A stretch of 57,154 nucleotides of DNA, counting the filler, from Piptocephalis cylindrospora (lineage: Eukaryota), in assembly GCA_003614145.1 (NCBI GenBank). It is 2 parts of 2 records of this genome, joined end to end, with 100 filler letters (N's around TTAATTAATTAA, not from the genome) between each part and the next. Parts side by side here need not be neighbours in the genome. Positions count along the whole stretch, not along the records: positions 1 to 28,551 come from KZ987760.1; positions 28,652 to 57,154 come from KZ987761.1. One strand, 5' to 3'. Under the pieces are notes generated by a model that saw nothing but the letters and a program-made list of their open reading frames with translations, had not been told where the DNA came from and did not search any database. Each line of letters starts with the position of its first letter. Position 1 is the first letter of the stretch. Shown here one piece after another: positions 25,566 to 37,807 of the stretch. The position numbers and the translations under genes are program-made.

Positions 25566-26059
25566 ATGTCCTTTCTCGTTCCTCGCTTGACATCTGGATT
25601 TCGATCAGGCCTTGGTCGCCCTTGCCTCTCGGCCTCGATACTTAGCCGTTCTTTTCAGTACACAAGGCAAGTCCGTTTTTATGGGGAACTACTTGTTCTG
25701 GGCGATGGGCTAATAATCTTTTCCATGTCTATTCATGTAGGCCCACCTCCCATCCTTCGGGATTCTCCACCCTATCCCTCCCTCCTACCACCTCCTCGAT
25801 CCTATCCTTGACCCGACCAGGGGGTATGACCTCTTCCTTGACCTCTCTACGGAACCCCTTGGGCGGAGAGGGAGGCATTCCATCTCTCCTCAGCCCGGTG
25901 GGTGTTCAGGTCCGGGGAAAGAAGTACGGGTCAGAGTATCAACCTTCCAACCTGAAGCGTAAGAGGAAGCATGGATTCTTGGCCCGAAAGCGATCTTTTG
26001 GTGGCCGTAAGATCCTCAAGCGACGGGCCATGAAGGGTCGATGGGTTCTTACCCACTAG
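25566..26059 (+). CDS. MRPL34: Mitochondrial ribosomal protein bL34m; exons 25566-25666, 25741-26059 (probable GC-AG intron)
   Basis: C-terminal [44 protein letters not shown] is bL34. The N-terminal Arg/Ser-rich presequence [15 protein letters not shown] is joined through an intron with a CTAAT branch site and a TAG ending at 25740. Confidence 0.88.
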
Positions 26060-28079
26060 GATTTAGAAGGAGAGGACTAGGAATGAGAATAGAGGAGGAT
26101 CAATTTGATGTATGGTTGACCTGACATGATGAAAGACCGTCTCCGTGATACTGTGATTACTATAGGCTTAGACCCACTCCCACAACGAGTATAATTTATT
26201 ATTGATTTCTGCTTATAGAACATATGGAGATGCAAGTCCAAGCTCGGCAGACTTGCCTTTAAAGAGTCTTCGGAGCGTTAGCATTGGCAATGTTTATATT
26301 CTTCAGAGATATCCATTACGGGGTATGTTTATATGGGTTGATGGATCATGTGTTCAGATCCTCCTACCCTTCCTCATTAGAGGATCATGGGGCGCTTTCC
26401 TCATCGCATAACCAGATGAATACAAGATCGAATTGTTAAGAAACTTTTGCCCAATGACGTCAAGCTACTTTATATCTATATATATCTATTTGCTATCTTT
26501 TTGAGTTAAGAGGTGAAGTGGGCGTTATGTCGTTGTTAACTGTAATGAATGTTACCGTTTGACAATACAGGCTCATTGTTTCCTCTGTCACAGACATAGC
26601 ATGGTCAAGCCCATCGCCACATGTCTTCCTTCCTTGACAGCACACTCAGACCCCATGATCCCTGCTATCAGTGGAGATGAGTGGATCCATGCTGCTGGAT
26701 TCGCAATGTCAGACGTCATCCGATCCATCCTCAAGCAGTGGCTCTGAATAGGAAGGTGTAAGATGGATGTGATATTTTTACTCGCTATGCACGGCTGCAC
26801 GTCCGATCGCCTAGACCCACAGGCCCTGTCCTTTCCCCTCTCTTCCTCACATCAAGCAGCTCATCCTACCCGGGCCCAGGCGATGCATCGGTATGTAAGG
26901 TCACATCCTTTTGATCTTCCTTGCTTCACCGTAAAACAATACCCAGAAAATCCGAGGCAATCGCGATGTCCTGTTGTGGCAAATATGCGAGCAAGATTGG
27001 TCGGAGTCCTATATTCCCTCCTCTCTCCACTCCCTACGCCCACCAAGGTGGATGGGTACAAGGATGCTACATGGTGGTTGCAAGACCCAAGATCTTTGTG
27101 AATCCATGAAGATGAGGACAATCCAGGATTGACGCAATCCCATCTCATCCTTTTCCCAGCAGCAGCACATCTATTCATCCCATCTCCTTCTCCTGGACCA
27201 AAGAGCAGCCCGATATCGCCTCTTCTGATACGGCAATATGAAAGGAGTTTCGGTTACATAGGGTTCCAGGCCAGAAATGTTCACCAGTCATCTCAGTCAT
27301 TCATGTCATCCCTATCGTCATCTGCTATTTCCAGATGGTCCTGAATGACTATTTTATTTGGAGAGCGATGTCACTGTATGCTGGCCATTCCCCTGCTGAA
27401 AGGCGGAGTGTAGAGGGGGAGACGTGGGCCCACCAAACCCTGGATCAAGGATGCGGTCATGACGAGATGTCATCTTTCCTTTTTCTCCCTCCCCTTTTTC
27501 GCCCTCCCCTTTTTCGCCAAGACATACACCTTTTCCCAGTGAGCCATGGGCTACCTAAGGGGGTCGGAAGAAGGACCATGTCTTGTCAATGAGGACGTCC
27601 TGTCGAGTGTCTATCAGGACATCCTCCCCGTACACACAGATACACGGTCAGCTCAAGGCCAAGTGATGGTGATGGTGGTGGTGGGCACAGCCCTCACACA
27701 TATACACAGTCGCCCGCTCTCCAAGGAAACGGTGCACCAAGCAGCCCCGCACATGTCACAATACTGGCAAAGTAACGACCAGTACGCATCGGAGAAAACT
27801 CCCTCCCGAGACACAAACCTTCTTTTTGTTGAGGGAACCGGTTGAGTGGTTAGTGGTCGCATCGGAGATGGTCGGGGTGCGTGTGTGCTTTTGGGTATGT
27901 CTATAATGGAAGTATCTGTGTATCAGCCCTTTAAACCCCGCACACACACAGCCCCATTCAGTGCCATCTCGCTCATGCCCCGACTCCGACTAGCCTCTCC
28001 GTCTCTCTCCTTGCTCTGGGCTCCTCATCCCACTGAGTATTGAGCCTTGACCAGCACAAAGTTCGTGAGATGAACATCC

Positions 28080-28551
28080 TATAAAAGATCCAGCCACTCT
28101 CCACTCCCTATTCTCTCTCTCTCTCCTCCCCCTCCCCCTTCCTCACCTGCCTTCGATCCATCCTTCATACTCCCCCCCTCCTCGCTGCATCCACCGGCCC
28201 CTTCATCTCCGAGTATTTGTTCAGTCTTAGTGGTCATCTTTCTCCTCTCTATTTCATTGTTTCTCCCCTCCCTTCGTCCTTCCACACAAACACCCAGACA
28301 ATACCTCCGAGGCATCATCCTTCAAGAGGGTCCCCTTCATCGCTCCTCAAACCCCTGCGCCCTACCCAGACACCCTCTCGACCTAGCGTCTACTCCTTAG
28401 TACGCGCATACCTCCCTTTCTTTCTTTTCCGGGGTTCCCAGACCATCATTGATTTCCCTTCAAGTCTTCCTATCCATCCATCTTTCCATCCTCTTACTCT
28501 CACGGACCCACCCCTGGTCAAGTCACGTTCTGTTCTCGCCGTATAGTGTGC
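28080..28551 (+). promoter_or_regulatory. TATA box plus CT-rich leader of a + strand gene whose CDS probably lies in or after the gap
   Basis: TATAAAAG at 28080-28087, followed by about 470 nt of pyrimidine-rich sequence like other 5' leaders in the window, running into the N gap. Confidence 0.35.
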
Positions 28552-28651
28552 NNNNNNNNNNNNNNNNNNNNNNNNNNNNNNNNNNNNNNNNNNNNTTAAT
28601 TAATTAANNNNNNNNNNNNNNNNNNNNNNNNNNNNNNNNNNNNNNNNNNNN
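28552..28651. other. Scaffold gap: N44-TTAATTAATTAA-N44 artificial spacer
   Basis: Exactly 100 nt and symmetric. The central 12-mer (28596-28607) is palindromic and puts stop codons in all six frames. Confidence 0.97.
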
Positions 28652-29208
28652 CAATTTGGTCTAGAATAGTACCATCCCGGTGGTAGGCAATCATGGCAGG
28701 GTCCAGAGGCTGCTGGGCCCTTTCCGTCAGCTCCTTTTCCGTTGGTACCCCGGGTAGGACAATGAGGTCCTTGACAAAGCTATAGTAGGTATCCCGTTGC
28801 TCCCGTAGAATTCTAGACCATTGACGCTTATCTGGAGGGAGATAGTTTAAGAGGAGCTGACAAGGGGAGAAAAAAGGAAGAGAATGAGTCATGGGGAGAA
28901 GATGCCATTTCCCTGGACGAATGTATGTACCTTCCAGCACAATGGTCGGATCCCAGGCTTATCGGGGATCCCACGGAAGCACAGTTCACGAAACTCGTAC
29001 ATGTCAATAGAAGCAGCAGCAGCTTCGGCCTCGGCCTCGGCCAGGGTATGGTGATGTCTTGGCCGATCAAGATCCTCTGTGGATAGGATTTCCTCAAACC
29101 GTGCTAATCTGGTATGAGAAAAGTATGGATGATTAGTGCAACTATCCTTACCAGGGCCTTTATGAAAGGGAAGAGGAAAGGGGCATACCTTTGCTTGTAG
29201 CTCTCCAT
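28652..29208 (-). CDS. TBC-domain Rab-GAP, TBC1D13-like; 5' part only, truncated by the gap; exons 29208-29189, 29108-28931, 28856-28652
   Basis: MESYKQR/LARFEEIL...FRELCFRGIPDKPGIRPLCWK/LLLNYLPPDKRQWSRILREQRDTYYSFVKDL...ILDQI matches the TBC1D13-type N-terminus. Introns are GTATGC..CAG and GTACAT..CAG. Confidence 0.85.
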
Positions 29209-31242
29209 GGGTCAGTATGAATAGTTGTAAGGAGAAGGAGAATGCAATATGGAAGGGTAAGAGAAAGAAAAGGAAAGGAAAGGGAATCGTCACGGAGGAA
29301 ACACTAAAACGGCGTGCAGATTTGCTTCTTTCAGGGCTTTCCAAGAAATTGGGGAAAGAGAAGTAGATGGGTAGATGCGCTATCTCCTGGTGGGCGCGAG
29401 AGAGGGAAGAGGCGATGTAATATGGCGTGGTAGAATCAAGTGGGATGTTTCTCCGGAAGAGCGCCAGGTCGTTGAGCTAAACTACTCAAGGACAGGTGGG
29501 GCGTTGGACCAAATGGGGCAAGTAGACGCTCAGTGATAGGTGGTGGTCGGACCAAGTGGAATAAGACGGCTGATTCAGGAGCAGGCGATCTTTGGTCGGT
29601 GAGGGCCAAGTAGGATTATTCAGGGGGAAAGTAGGGAGAATATCCTCAAGGGGGAGAGAGGGGAGCAAGGTACACGAGATGACGGGTTTGAAGGGACACA
29701 CGGACACACAGAGAGAGACACAGACACGAATGAACGGATGGCACCTTGGGGGAATTGGCCGGGGGATAGAGGAAATGGAGTAAAAGAAAGGAAGAGCCCC
29801 TGCCTTGAGAGGAAAGAAGATCAAGACCAGGGAAGAGTATCAAGAGGAGGAGGAGGAGAAGAGGAGGAAGGGCAGCAAGAAGAGGTAGGGAAGAAAAGGA
29901 GTTGGGATGGAGAGGGAAGGGAAGCGGGGAGGAAGAAGTGCTGAGCGGTGTCCTCACGAAAAAGCGAAGATGACTCTCGTGCGGTCTATGAAGGATGCCG
30001 AGGGCTGGGAGAGGAGGGTGAGGAGAGGGTGGGCAAGTGCTGACGGTACTGATGATGGGGGTGTGGGGTGTGGGGGGGGACACACACGGTCGGGGGTTGT
30101 ATGTGGGGGAAGGAAGAGGGGGAAGAGACAAGAGAGAGGCAGTGCTGTGCAGCAGAGCCTGGTATGTGACAGTGACGGGAGAAGACAGGCGAGGAGAGTA
30201 TAAGACTGTGGAAAGGAGAGGAGCATCTGCAGAGTGCACGGCCAAGACAGACAGGGCACAGGATGTAGGGGAAGGCACCTTGTGGGGACGCATAGGATAA
30301 AGATGAGGGAGAAAGGAAGGGTGTCAAGAGGAATGATCCACTTGGGACGACGCAGTGGGTCCGATGAGCTACAGAAGCGGTAGCTGGTCTGATCCACGGC
30401 TCTTCCCTTCCAACGAGGTGCATCTATGACCTAGATCTACTGGGAATGCGGCGGGAGGGAGGGGGGAGAATGAATGATGAGTGGCGATGATTAAAGTACG
30501 GGGGTATGTTGTGGTCCGAGCGCGAGAAAGACAAGCACTCCATCCAGACGATCTTGATCATTGTGTGTAAGACTGATAGGACCAGCAATGCGCTCTATGA
30601 CTAAAAAGAACAAGCGTTTTGAAGATGACAATGACGTTCTTCCTCGGTGTCCTTGGCAAGAATGGAAAATAAAGATGCAAGGAGGAAAGACAAGAAAAAT
30701 GCCCGAAAATGGGGTCTTGTGCGTCTTTAAACCCTGATCTTCTTCCACTCCCTTCCAGGTCACGCCTACCCTTGTCTCCCTCACACTTCCATGAAGAAAA
30801 CACAGCCTAGGCTCCTCACACATACTATTAGTGCTGTAACTGTAGGCTGATCTTCCCTCTCACACAACATTTCCTAGTCATTGTCCCTCCTGACAGGGTT
30901 CTTTTCTCCCCCTTGGCTTTTTATAGCAGTAATACAGTTAGAGAGAGAGAGAACCAACAGCACAGAAGCACACACGAACACACACACTCTCTCTCTCTAT
31001 CCACACACAATGGACTGCCCTGCTGGAGCTAGCCACCACGGCTAGGTACCATACTGGATACTGTGACCCCCATAGCCAAGCCTCATTCCCTCACTCATCC
31101 ATTCCCTGTCTAGGGCCTCCATAAGCAAGAAAGTACCCTCACTCACCTAAATTCTCAGCCCCCGCTCGCCCTTTCTCTCTCTTCCCCTCTCTCTCTCTCT
31201 TGCTCCATCTCTCTTCATCCCCTCCATCCTCCTCTTTACACC

Positions 31243-32576
31243 ATGTCTGAGGAAACTAAATCTCACAAGCCAAAGAGTAAGTCTCTCCCAATCTTTCCTG
31301 GCCAGCTGGTCGTCACCGTGATTCTCATCCCTTCCCACCTTGGTAGATACGGCGTTTAGGCAGCAGCGCTTAAGGGCTTGGCAACCCATCCTCACGCCAA
31401 AGACCGTACTCCCCACCTTTTTCCTCGTCGGCATCATCTTCTCCCCCATCGGTGGAGTCCTGCTGTACTCGTCGGACTCGGTGTCCGAAGTCAGCATCGA
31501 CTACACAGATTGTGCCACCTCGGCCACCTCAGTCTTCCAGGATATCCCGGAGAATCGATTCAACCTTCATTACCCCCACTCCTCCTCTCCTTCTTTCACT
31601 ACTCCCAGATGGAAAGTCACCCCGGACGTCACTACCATCGATCCTCTCACCAACGCCACCCTCACTGCCCCCCGCTGCACCCTGCAATTCCCCGTCCTTT
31701 CCACTCTGAAACCCCCTATCTTCATGTACTATCGTCTCACCAATTTCTACCAAAATCACCGAAAGTACGTCAAGTCCTTCGATGCCGATCAACTCTACGG
31801 TCAGGCCCGGACGGCGTCCGACATGAAGAATGGAGGCTGTAAGGATTATTTAGGTCCTAATGATTCCACCGCCGTCTACTACCCCTGTGGCTTCATTGCC
31901 CGCTCCGTCTTCAATGACACCCTATCCTCCCTGACCCACGTCGAAGACAATAGTACCCATTACATCTGGAACGAAAAGGGCATTGCCTGGGACTCGGATA
32001 ACACAAAGTTTCGTCCCACTACATACTCACCCGATCCTGCCACTGTTGTCCCTCCAGACACTTGGGTGGCTCGGTACGGAGCAAATTACACGGCCGAAAC
32101 CATCCAAAAGGTTCACACTGATGAACACTTGATCGTGTGGATGCGTACTGCCGGTCTCCCCACCTTCCGAAAGCTCTATGGCCGTAATGACGCCGATACC
32201 CTTGAAAGTGGCATGTACTCCATCGACATCGACATGCGCTTCGACGTCCTTTCCTACGGCGGAAGAAAATCTCTGGTCATCTCCACTGTCGCCTTCCTGG
32301 GTGGTAGGAACTCCTTCCTTGGCATCGCCTACATTGTCGTTGGTTGTGTGTGCGTTGTCCTAGGGTGTCTCTTTACCGTCCGTCATCTTTATCGTCCAAG
32401 GTAGGTCTAGAAATGATGAAAAAGGCATGATTCTCTCCCTTCCCATTCTAACCTTTCCTCTTCTCATTAGGAAACTCGGTGACCATACCTATCTATCCTG
32501 GAACCAGACAGGCGGTCCTTCTTCTGCCGGCGCCGGTGGTGGGGCTTCTGGAGGACCCCTGAGTAGTGGTCATTAA
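31243..32576 (+). CDS. CDC50: CDC50/LEM3 family P4-ATPase (flippase) beta subunit; exons 31243-31276, 31347-32400, 32471-32576
   Basis: NTAFRQQRLRAWQPILTP, YYRLTNFYQNHRKYVKS, YYPCGFIARSVFNDT, VWMRTAGLPTFRKLY, GGRNSFLGIAY, PRKLGDHTYLSWN. Two 70-nt GT..AG introns. Confidence 0.96.
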
Positions 32577-32837
32577 TCATCCGCCCCGATCTTGCTTGTG
32601 TGTGTGTGTGGAAGAAGATGGGAAGGGTTTTGGATTATCCGAGTCAGCGAGAGAGAGAGAATGGAGGAGAGGATCCATCCATAGTACAATGAATGAATAG
32701 TTTCCGTTTCAATGACCAAGCTCCCCCTAACAACAAACAGTATCTTATTCATCCTGACGGTTTAAATCATTCCTACGTGATCTTTCCATATCCTACCCTG
32801 TCTCACCCCATCCCATCCTATTCCATCGGTAAAAGCT

Positions 32838-34196
32838 TTAGGCCTTGGTCTTACGCCCACGCTTCTTCACACCAGCATTCCCGGGTGCAGTTGCCTGGGA
32901 TGCATTTGCCCTTTTCCTACTCACACTGGCCTTTTCCTCCTTGGGCTTGACCGGAGAAAAAGGGGAAGCAAAGAGGCTATCGGGATCCTCGGGCCCATCC
33001 GATTTGACGGGTTGCCAAGTGTCCATCACCTTGGGTGGGGGGGAATCGGACTTGGGCACTGGAAAGGTGGTGGTGGAGGGATGCGCTTTTTTCTTGTAGA
33101 CCCTCTTGGGGGTGGTTTCCTTCTTAGTGGCGGCGACATCCTTCTTGGTAGCGGCAACCTCCTTCTTGGTAGTGGCAGTCTCCTTCTTAGGGGTGGTTAC
33201 CTCCGCCTTGGGAGCCACTGGAGGGGCGGTGGCAGTGGCAGCGGCAATGGCAGCCAGCTCAGCCTTACTCTTCCTCCCACGCTTCTTCCCTGTATAGGGC
33301 TTGGGGGTGGCGGCCGTGGAGGGGAGGGAGACGGCGGGGACGCCAGTTGCAGGGGAAGGCGTGTGGATGGCAGGAGTGGCCCCGGTAGAGGCTGGGGTGA
33401 GACGGGAGGTGATGGCAGGGGTGGAGTGCTCATCCGGGAACTCAGCCTCCCGGGCTAGACGGGCTCTAGCCACCTCTAGATCATGTCGATGTTGGGCAAT
33501 ATCCTCCTTCCACTGGAGGAAGCGTCGCCGATACTCGTTATCTAGTCGCCTCTTCTCTTCCTCCGGGACATTTTTCCATAATTTAGCTAGTTCTTGGGCA
33601 ATTTGTGTGTATGGCCATTCTGGATGCGCTTTATGTACGATGGATCGCTGGGTTGAGCAGTACATCAGGAAGGTAGATGGGGGCCTCTTGGGAGCATTGG
33701 GGTCCTTGGGCGCCCGGTTGGGCTTTCGACGTCTCTTCGTTCGTGTCTCCCCCGCCGCTACCGCCCCCTCCTCTTCCTCCTCCTCTGCCCCGGAAACAAA
33801 GGATACATTGGCCTTGGGTCCCCTTTTCTTCGGGGCTCCCGGAACCATAAGAGAGGGAGGAGGAGGATTACCCGAGAGGCGACTGTACAGCTCGGATATC
33901 TAGTTGGAGAGTGATGGTTGTTGTCGTGTTATTGTTATTATGACTATCATTATTATTATTATTAAGGGGGAGGGGATATCCATGCAAGATGGGATACGTA
34001 CCTGGGAGTTTATCGTCGCTTGCTGCGAGTGCAGCGTGGCTAGCTGAATGAGATAATGAGGGGTTTGTTTTGGGTTAGACGGAAAGGGAAAATAGACAAC
34101 TAGAGAGAAATATATCTATAAAGACAAAGATAAATACACCCACACACTTACCTGCTGAATCTCCTCTTGGCTAAATTGAAAGGGCAGTTGAGTCAT
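32838..34196 (-). CDS. HMG-box chromatin protein with basic KKRGRK/AT-hook-like motifs; exons 34196-34152, 34043-34002, 33899-32838
   Basis: HMG box DPNAPKRPPSTFLMYC...YTQIAQELAKLWKNVPEEEK. Two short 5' exons are joined by phase-0 GTAAGT..CAG and GTACGT..TAG introns. Confidence 0.85.
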
Positions 34197-34765
34197 GTGA
34201 TCCGGTAGGGAGAAGAGGAGCGAAAGAAGTGATGGTAAAGAAGAAAGAGGTGAGAAAAGAAAGGATGCGTGTGCGTGGCGGTCAAAGTGCATGAGTATAG
34301 CTGATACTCCGTCTCTTCTAGCTCCGCCTCCTACCATCAGCATAAATGGAATGCGTTGATTCATGCTCCTTTGGATATTGTTGTGAGAGAACGTTGATAG
34401 CGCGGGGAGGAAAGGGGGAGGGGCGTCGTCAGCTCTAGTCTTTGGCGTCTACTCCGCCAACAGACGCGAGCCTGCACAATAACTTCTCAGGACGGATATG
34501 ACCACATATCAAAAGATAAGGTTGGCTTCAAATGGAAGTGACTAGAGAAGAGTGATAAATTCACAGATCCAAATATGCAATGACCTAGGCATTTCTTGCT
34601 ACACACAAAAATATCGGAGTAGATATGCGAACATCGGAGTCGTTCACCACATGAAACGCCTCACATGTTAAAGATATTGGATCATGATCAAAACCGTATA
34701 ATCAAATGCAGCAATATATGTATTAAGAATCACTCTCCCCACTCCCCCCATTCTTCTCTTTTCCT

Positions 34766-35923
34766 TTAAGCAAAGGTCATCAGAAGAACAACAAATCCAA
34801 GCATCACCGTACTCGCAACCTGGACAGAGGAAATGGTAGACCCAGTGGATCCTCCACCACCTCCACCGGCCTTGTCAGTTCCATTGACGGAACCTCCCTT
34901 GCTTTTGTCATACCCGGGAGGTCCATAACCGGCAGGGGGCCATGTCTCGGTGGTGGTGTTGCCCTTGTAGAAGCAGGACACGTCCAAATTCTTCACTGTC
35001 ATATCGTACTTTTTGTTCGGGTCGGCCCAGTCCGTCGGGGTCCCGGCCCAGTCAGCCGTTCCCTGCAGTCCCTGGCCGCCATCCCAGATACCCAGTTGGA
35101 CCAGGGCAGGTCGGGACGGGTACTTGTACGTCGAGTTGGCGGCAATGAACGTCGTAGTATTCCGGTAGACCGTACGCACCACCGAGCCCTCGATGAGCCA
35201 TTGGATCTCATCCGGAGTCCATCGGATCCCGTACGTGTAAAAGTTCACTGTAGGGTCCTCGGGCATTGGATGGTGCACAGATTTGGTGTAGTCCAGCTCG
35301 TTGTTCCAGTAAAAGTTCGATTGCACTTCCTTCTTCTCCTTCCCCACCCACTCAAAGTCAATTTCGTCCCCATAGCTATTACGGACGATGAGGGAGGACA
35401 CGACTCCCGGGGATGTGCTGGCCGACTTGATCTTGGCGGTCACGGCCCCATAATCTAGGGATCGGATGCTGGAGATGGTGGCGCCAAAGCCTTGCGGCTT
35501 GCCAAATTCATTCTTGGCTGAGCCTCCATCCATGCTCAAGGTCAGGATGAGGTCACCGGCCCCGTTGACCGACGCGTGGTTGGGCTGAAAGTCCGAGGTC
35601 CAGTTTCCAGTTCCGGGATCGCCGGTGAAGTTTTGTAGTGGGATAATTGACTCTCCCTTCCAACCGCCCTCAGGGATGCTAAGATCCACGCACTTGGGCT
35701 GCGGGAAGCACGATTGAGGAGAATATGAGGCATTGGGGATGCATCCTGTGGTGCAAAAATTGGGGTCAGCCGAGCAGTATCCTTGCTTGCAGCATGCCGA
35801 GGTCGATGGGCACTGGGCGCCAAAGTGCTCGCATACATCGGCGGACACCATGGCTACGAGCCACAGTGACCCCAAGGTGAGAAGAGGCAATGCGCCCGTA
35901 GTCCATGTGGAGGGGTTGATCAT
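34766..35923 (-). CDS. GH16 CRH-family chitin transglycosylase (UTR2/CRH2-like), secreted and probably GPI-anchored
   Basis: Signal peptide, Cys-rich chitin-binding-like N-domain (CPSTSACCKQGYC...GCIP...SC), catalytic DEIDFEWVG, QLGIWDGG...WAG, Gly/Ser linker and hydrophobic C-terminus. Start taken at MINPST. Confidence 0.92.
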   Translation of the reverse strand: MINPSTWTTGALPLLTLGSLWLVAMVSADVCEHFGAQCPSTSACCKQGYCSADPNFCTTGCIPNASYSPQSCFPQPKCVDLSIPEGGWKGESIIPLQNFTGDPGTGNWTSDFQPNHASVNGAGDLILTLSMDGGSAKNEFGKPQGFGATISSIRSLDYGAVTAKIKSASTSPGVVSSLIVRNSYGDEIDFEWVGKEKKEVQSNFYWNNELDYTKSVHHPMPEDPTVNFYTYGIRWTPDEIQWLIEGSVVRTVYRNTTTFIAANSTYKYPSRPALVQLGIWDGGQGLQGTADWAGTPTDWADPNKKYDMTVKNLDVSCFYKGNTTTETWPPAGYGPPGYDKSKGGSVNGTDKAGGGGGGSTGSTISSVQVASTVMLGFVVLLMTFA

Positions 35924-37807
35924 TGGGATAGGTAGATAGGTAATTTTTAGAAGAGGGGGGAAGGGAAAGGGGTGAAGGGTAGATAGACACAAAGAGGATG
36001 ATAAAATGAAATGCTAAGACGGGGTGGGATGCAGATGGGATGGGAAAAAATAGGTGGATTCTCCCGCGCTATTTATTTATTCAAGATGAGAGAGTGGAGT
36101 TCATTGCTCTCTATTTCTCATGCCATTTCCCGGGGTTGAGGAGAGGGCTAAGAGTCATTAGCCTCTCTCCAGTCCCGAAGGGGCTGAGGGGCTGAGAGCT
36201 CCTCTTCTCGTTCCTCAGTGAACTCCCATGGTTGGTTGGTAACAGTGTATCTGGAGCCATCCGACGGGAGGACGTGCACGTGTAGAGGTTGTTTTAGGGC
36301 AAGGGAAAATTTCTGTGTGGAGTAGAAGGATGAGACGTAAACGAGAGGGAAGCAAGGACAGCTTTTTTCCCAGAAGCTTCGGGAATGACTGGGCCAATGG
36401 GTGAGCTCCTCATGGACCCCCATCCACATACTAAAGAAATCTGGTCATTTATCTCCACGCCCCACATATATCCCGTGGGTATATTTTCTTGCTGACCTGG
36501 CTGTGCATTACATAGCACAGTATATCTGTTTCCAAGAGATGGAGGGGTAGGAGACAACCCTGCATGCACTCCTCCTCTCCTCGTCAGCCCCACGTCGTCG
36601 ACTCGTTACTGCTAGAGACAGTAGTATTGAGAGGGTCAAATGTCATTTCCTCCCCAACCGCCAACCCTTGGTAATAGAATAGAGTGGTCAGAGGGGTACG
36701 ACGTGTGAGACTCATCCACACGGATCATGGCTCATGGATATGTCAGAAGGGCTTTCGTCATCTCCTCCTACCTTCTCGTCGCAACCACACAAACCTAGTG
36801 TGCAATTCAGTTGACCAGGGATGATGGTTTAGAGAGGTCGTCGCCCTCGTCCTCGTCCCTAGTTGAGACCTGGGCGCATGTGTCCCTAACGTCTCCAGTC
36901 AATGAGGGGTTTACATATATATATACGTATGTATGTGTATATGTGCGGGTTGGAATGATAAACTAAGTGAGACCAGACCACCAATCATTCTTCTCATGCT
37001 AAGGACTACCATGAACACTGGGGTTCCTTGCCAGAACCGTCCTTCTATTTTGGGACTCTCGCGCTTGGGAACCGGGTTTACTGGTTTTCCCTTGCACTCG
37101 TCATATCGATAGGGAAGAACAGGGAAGATGATTCAAATCCCGACTTTTTTTATTTTTGGTTCGTTATAGTGTTGCTGTCGTTGAACTCAGGCAATCTGGT
37201 CGTACTATCCGTCTGATTCGGTTCGCTGGGTAGAGTGTTGAAATACCGTATAGATGGTAACGAAAAATCAAAATCCCTACCCACTCCACCAACAAAAATA
37301 GTCAGTGTGGCACCATATATATGTAAGCCAGAAAGCCTGTCTGTACGGGGATCCGCATTATCCGTGATCTGAGCATGTGCATATGCAAACTGCCGTTACG
37401 GATCACCGCATGGAACCATGCCCAGGTGGACTTTTCCCTTAACCAGGATGGACACTTGACTCTCTCTTCCTTTAGAGAGTCCAGAGAACAAGACACGCCC
37501 GCGTGAGAGACCATGCATCATTCATGTATCCCTGCAGCTACTTTTCGCATGAACGCAAGTTCCCTCCCCTACCAGATCCTTTTTCATCCTCCTTGACTAT
37601 CCCCGCGCCGACACTTCCTCCCTAGAGTAAGTAATATATACAAAAGAAAGGATTACAGCAAGGGTTCAAGAAAAAAAAGGTAAGAATGCATACTATCCAT
37701 ACCCCTCGCGCCCTAACCCAAATGGACGGACGCGTCGGCATACCTGCTCTTCTTCCACAATCGGTAATCAGCAACAACAGCCTTTTTGGCTAGAGCAACC
37801 CTGTCCT

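Noticed and set aside
28596..28607. Palindromic TTAATTAATTAA as a biological site (e.g. TTAA transposon target)
   Set aside because: Centred in symmetric N44 runs; it is an assembly spacer with stops in all six frames.
29486..30423. Pro/Leu/Ser-rich ORFs in CT/GA-rich regions (also 8198-8808, 17769-18429)
   Set aside because: Translations of low-complexity leaders and promoters; no coding signature.
37779..37798. GCCTTTTTGGCTAGAGCAA resembling U2 snRNA stem I
   Set aside because: Not followed by GTGTAGTA and runs directly into the DGAT1 stop; chance similarity.
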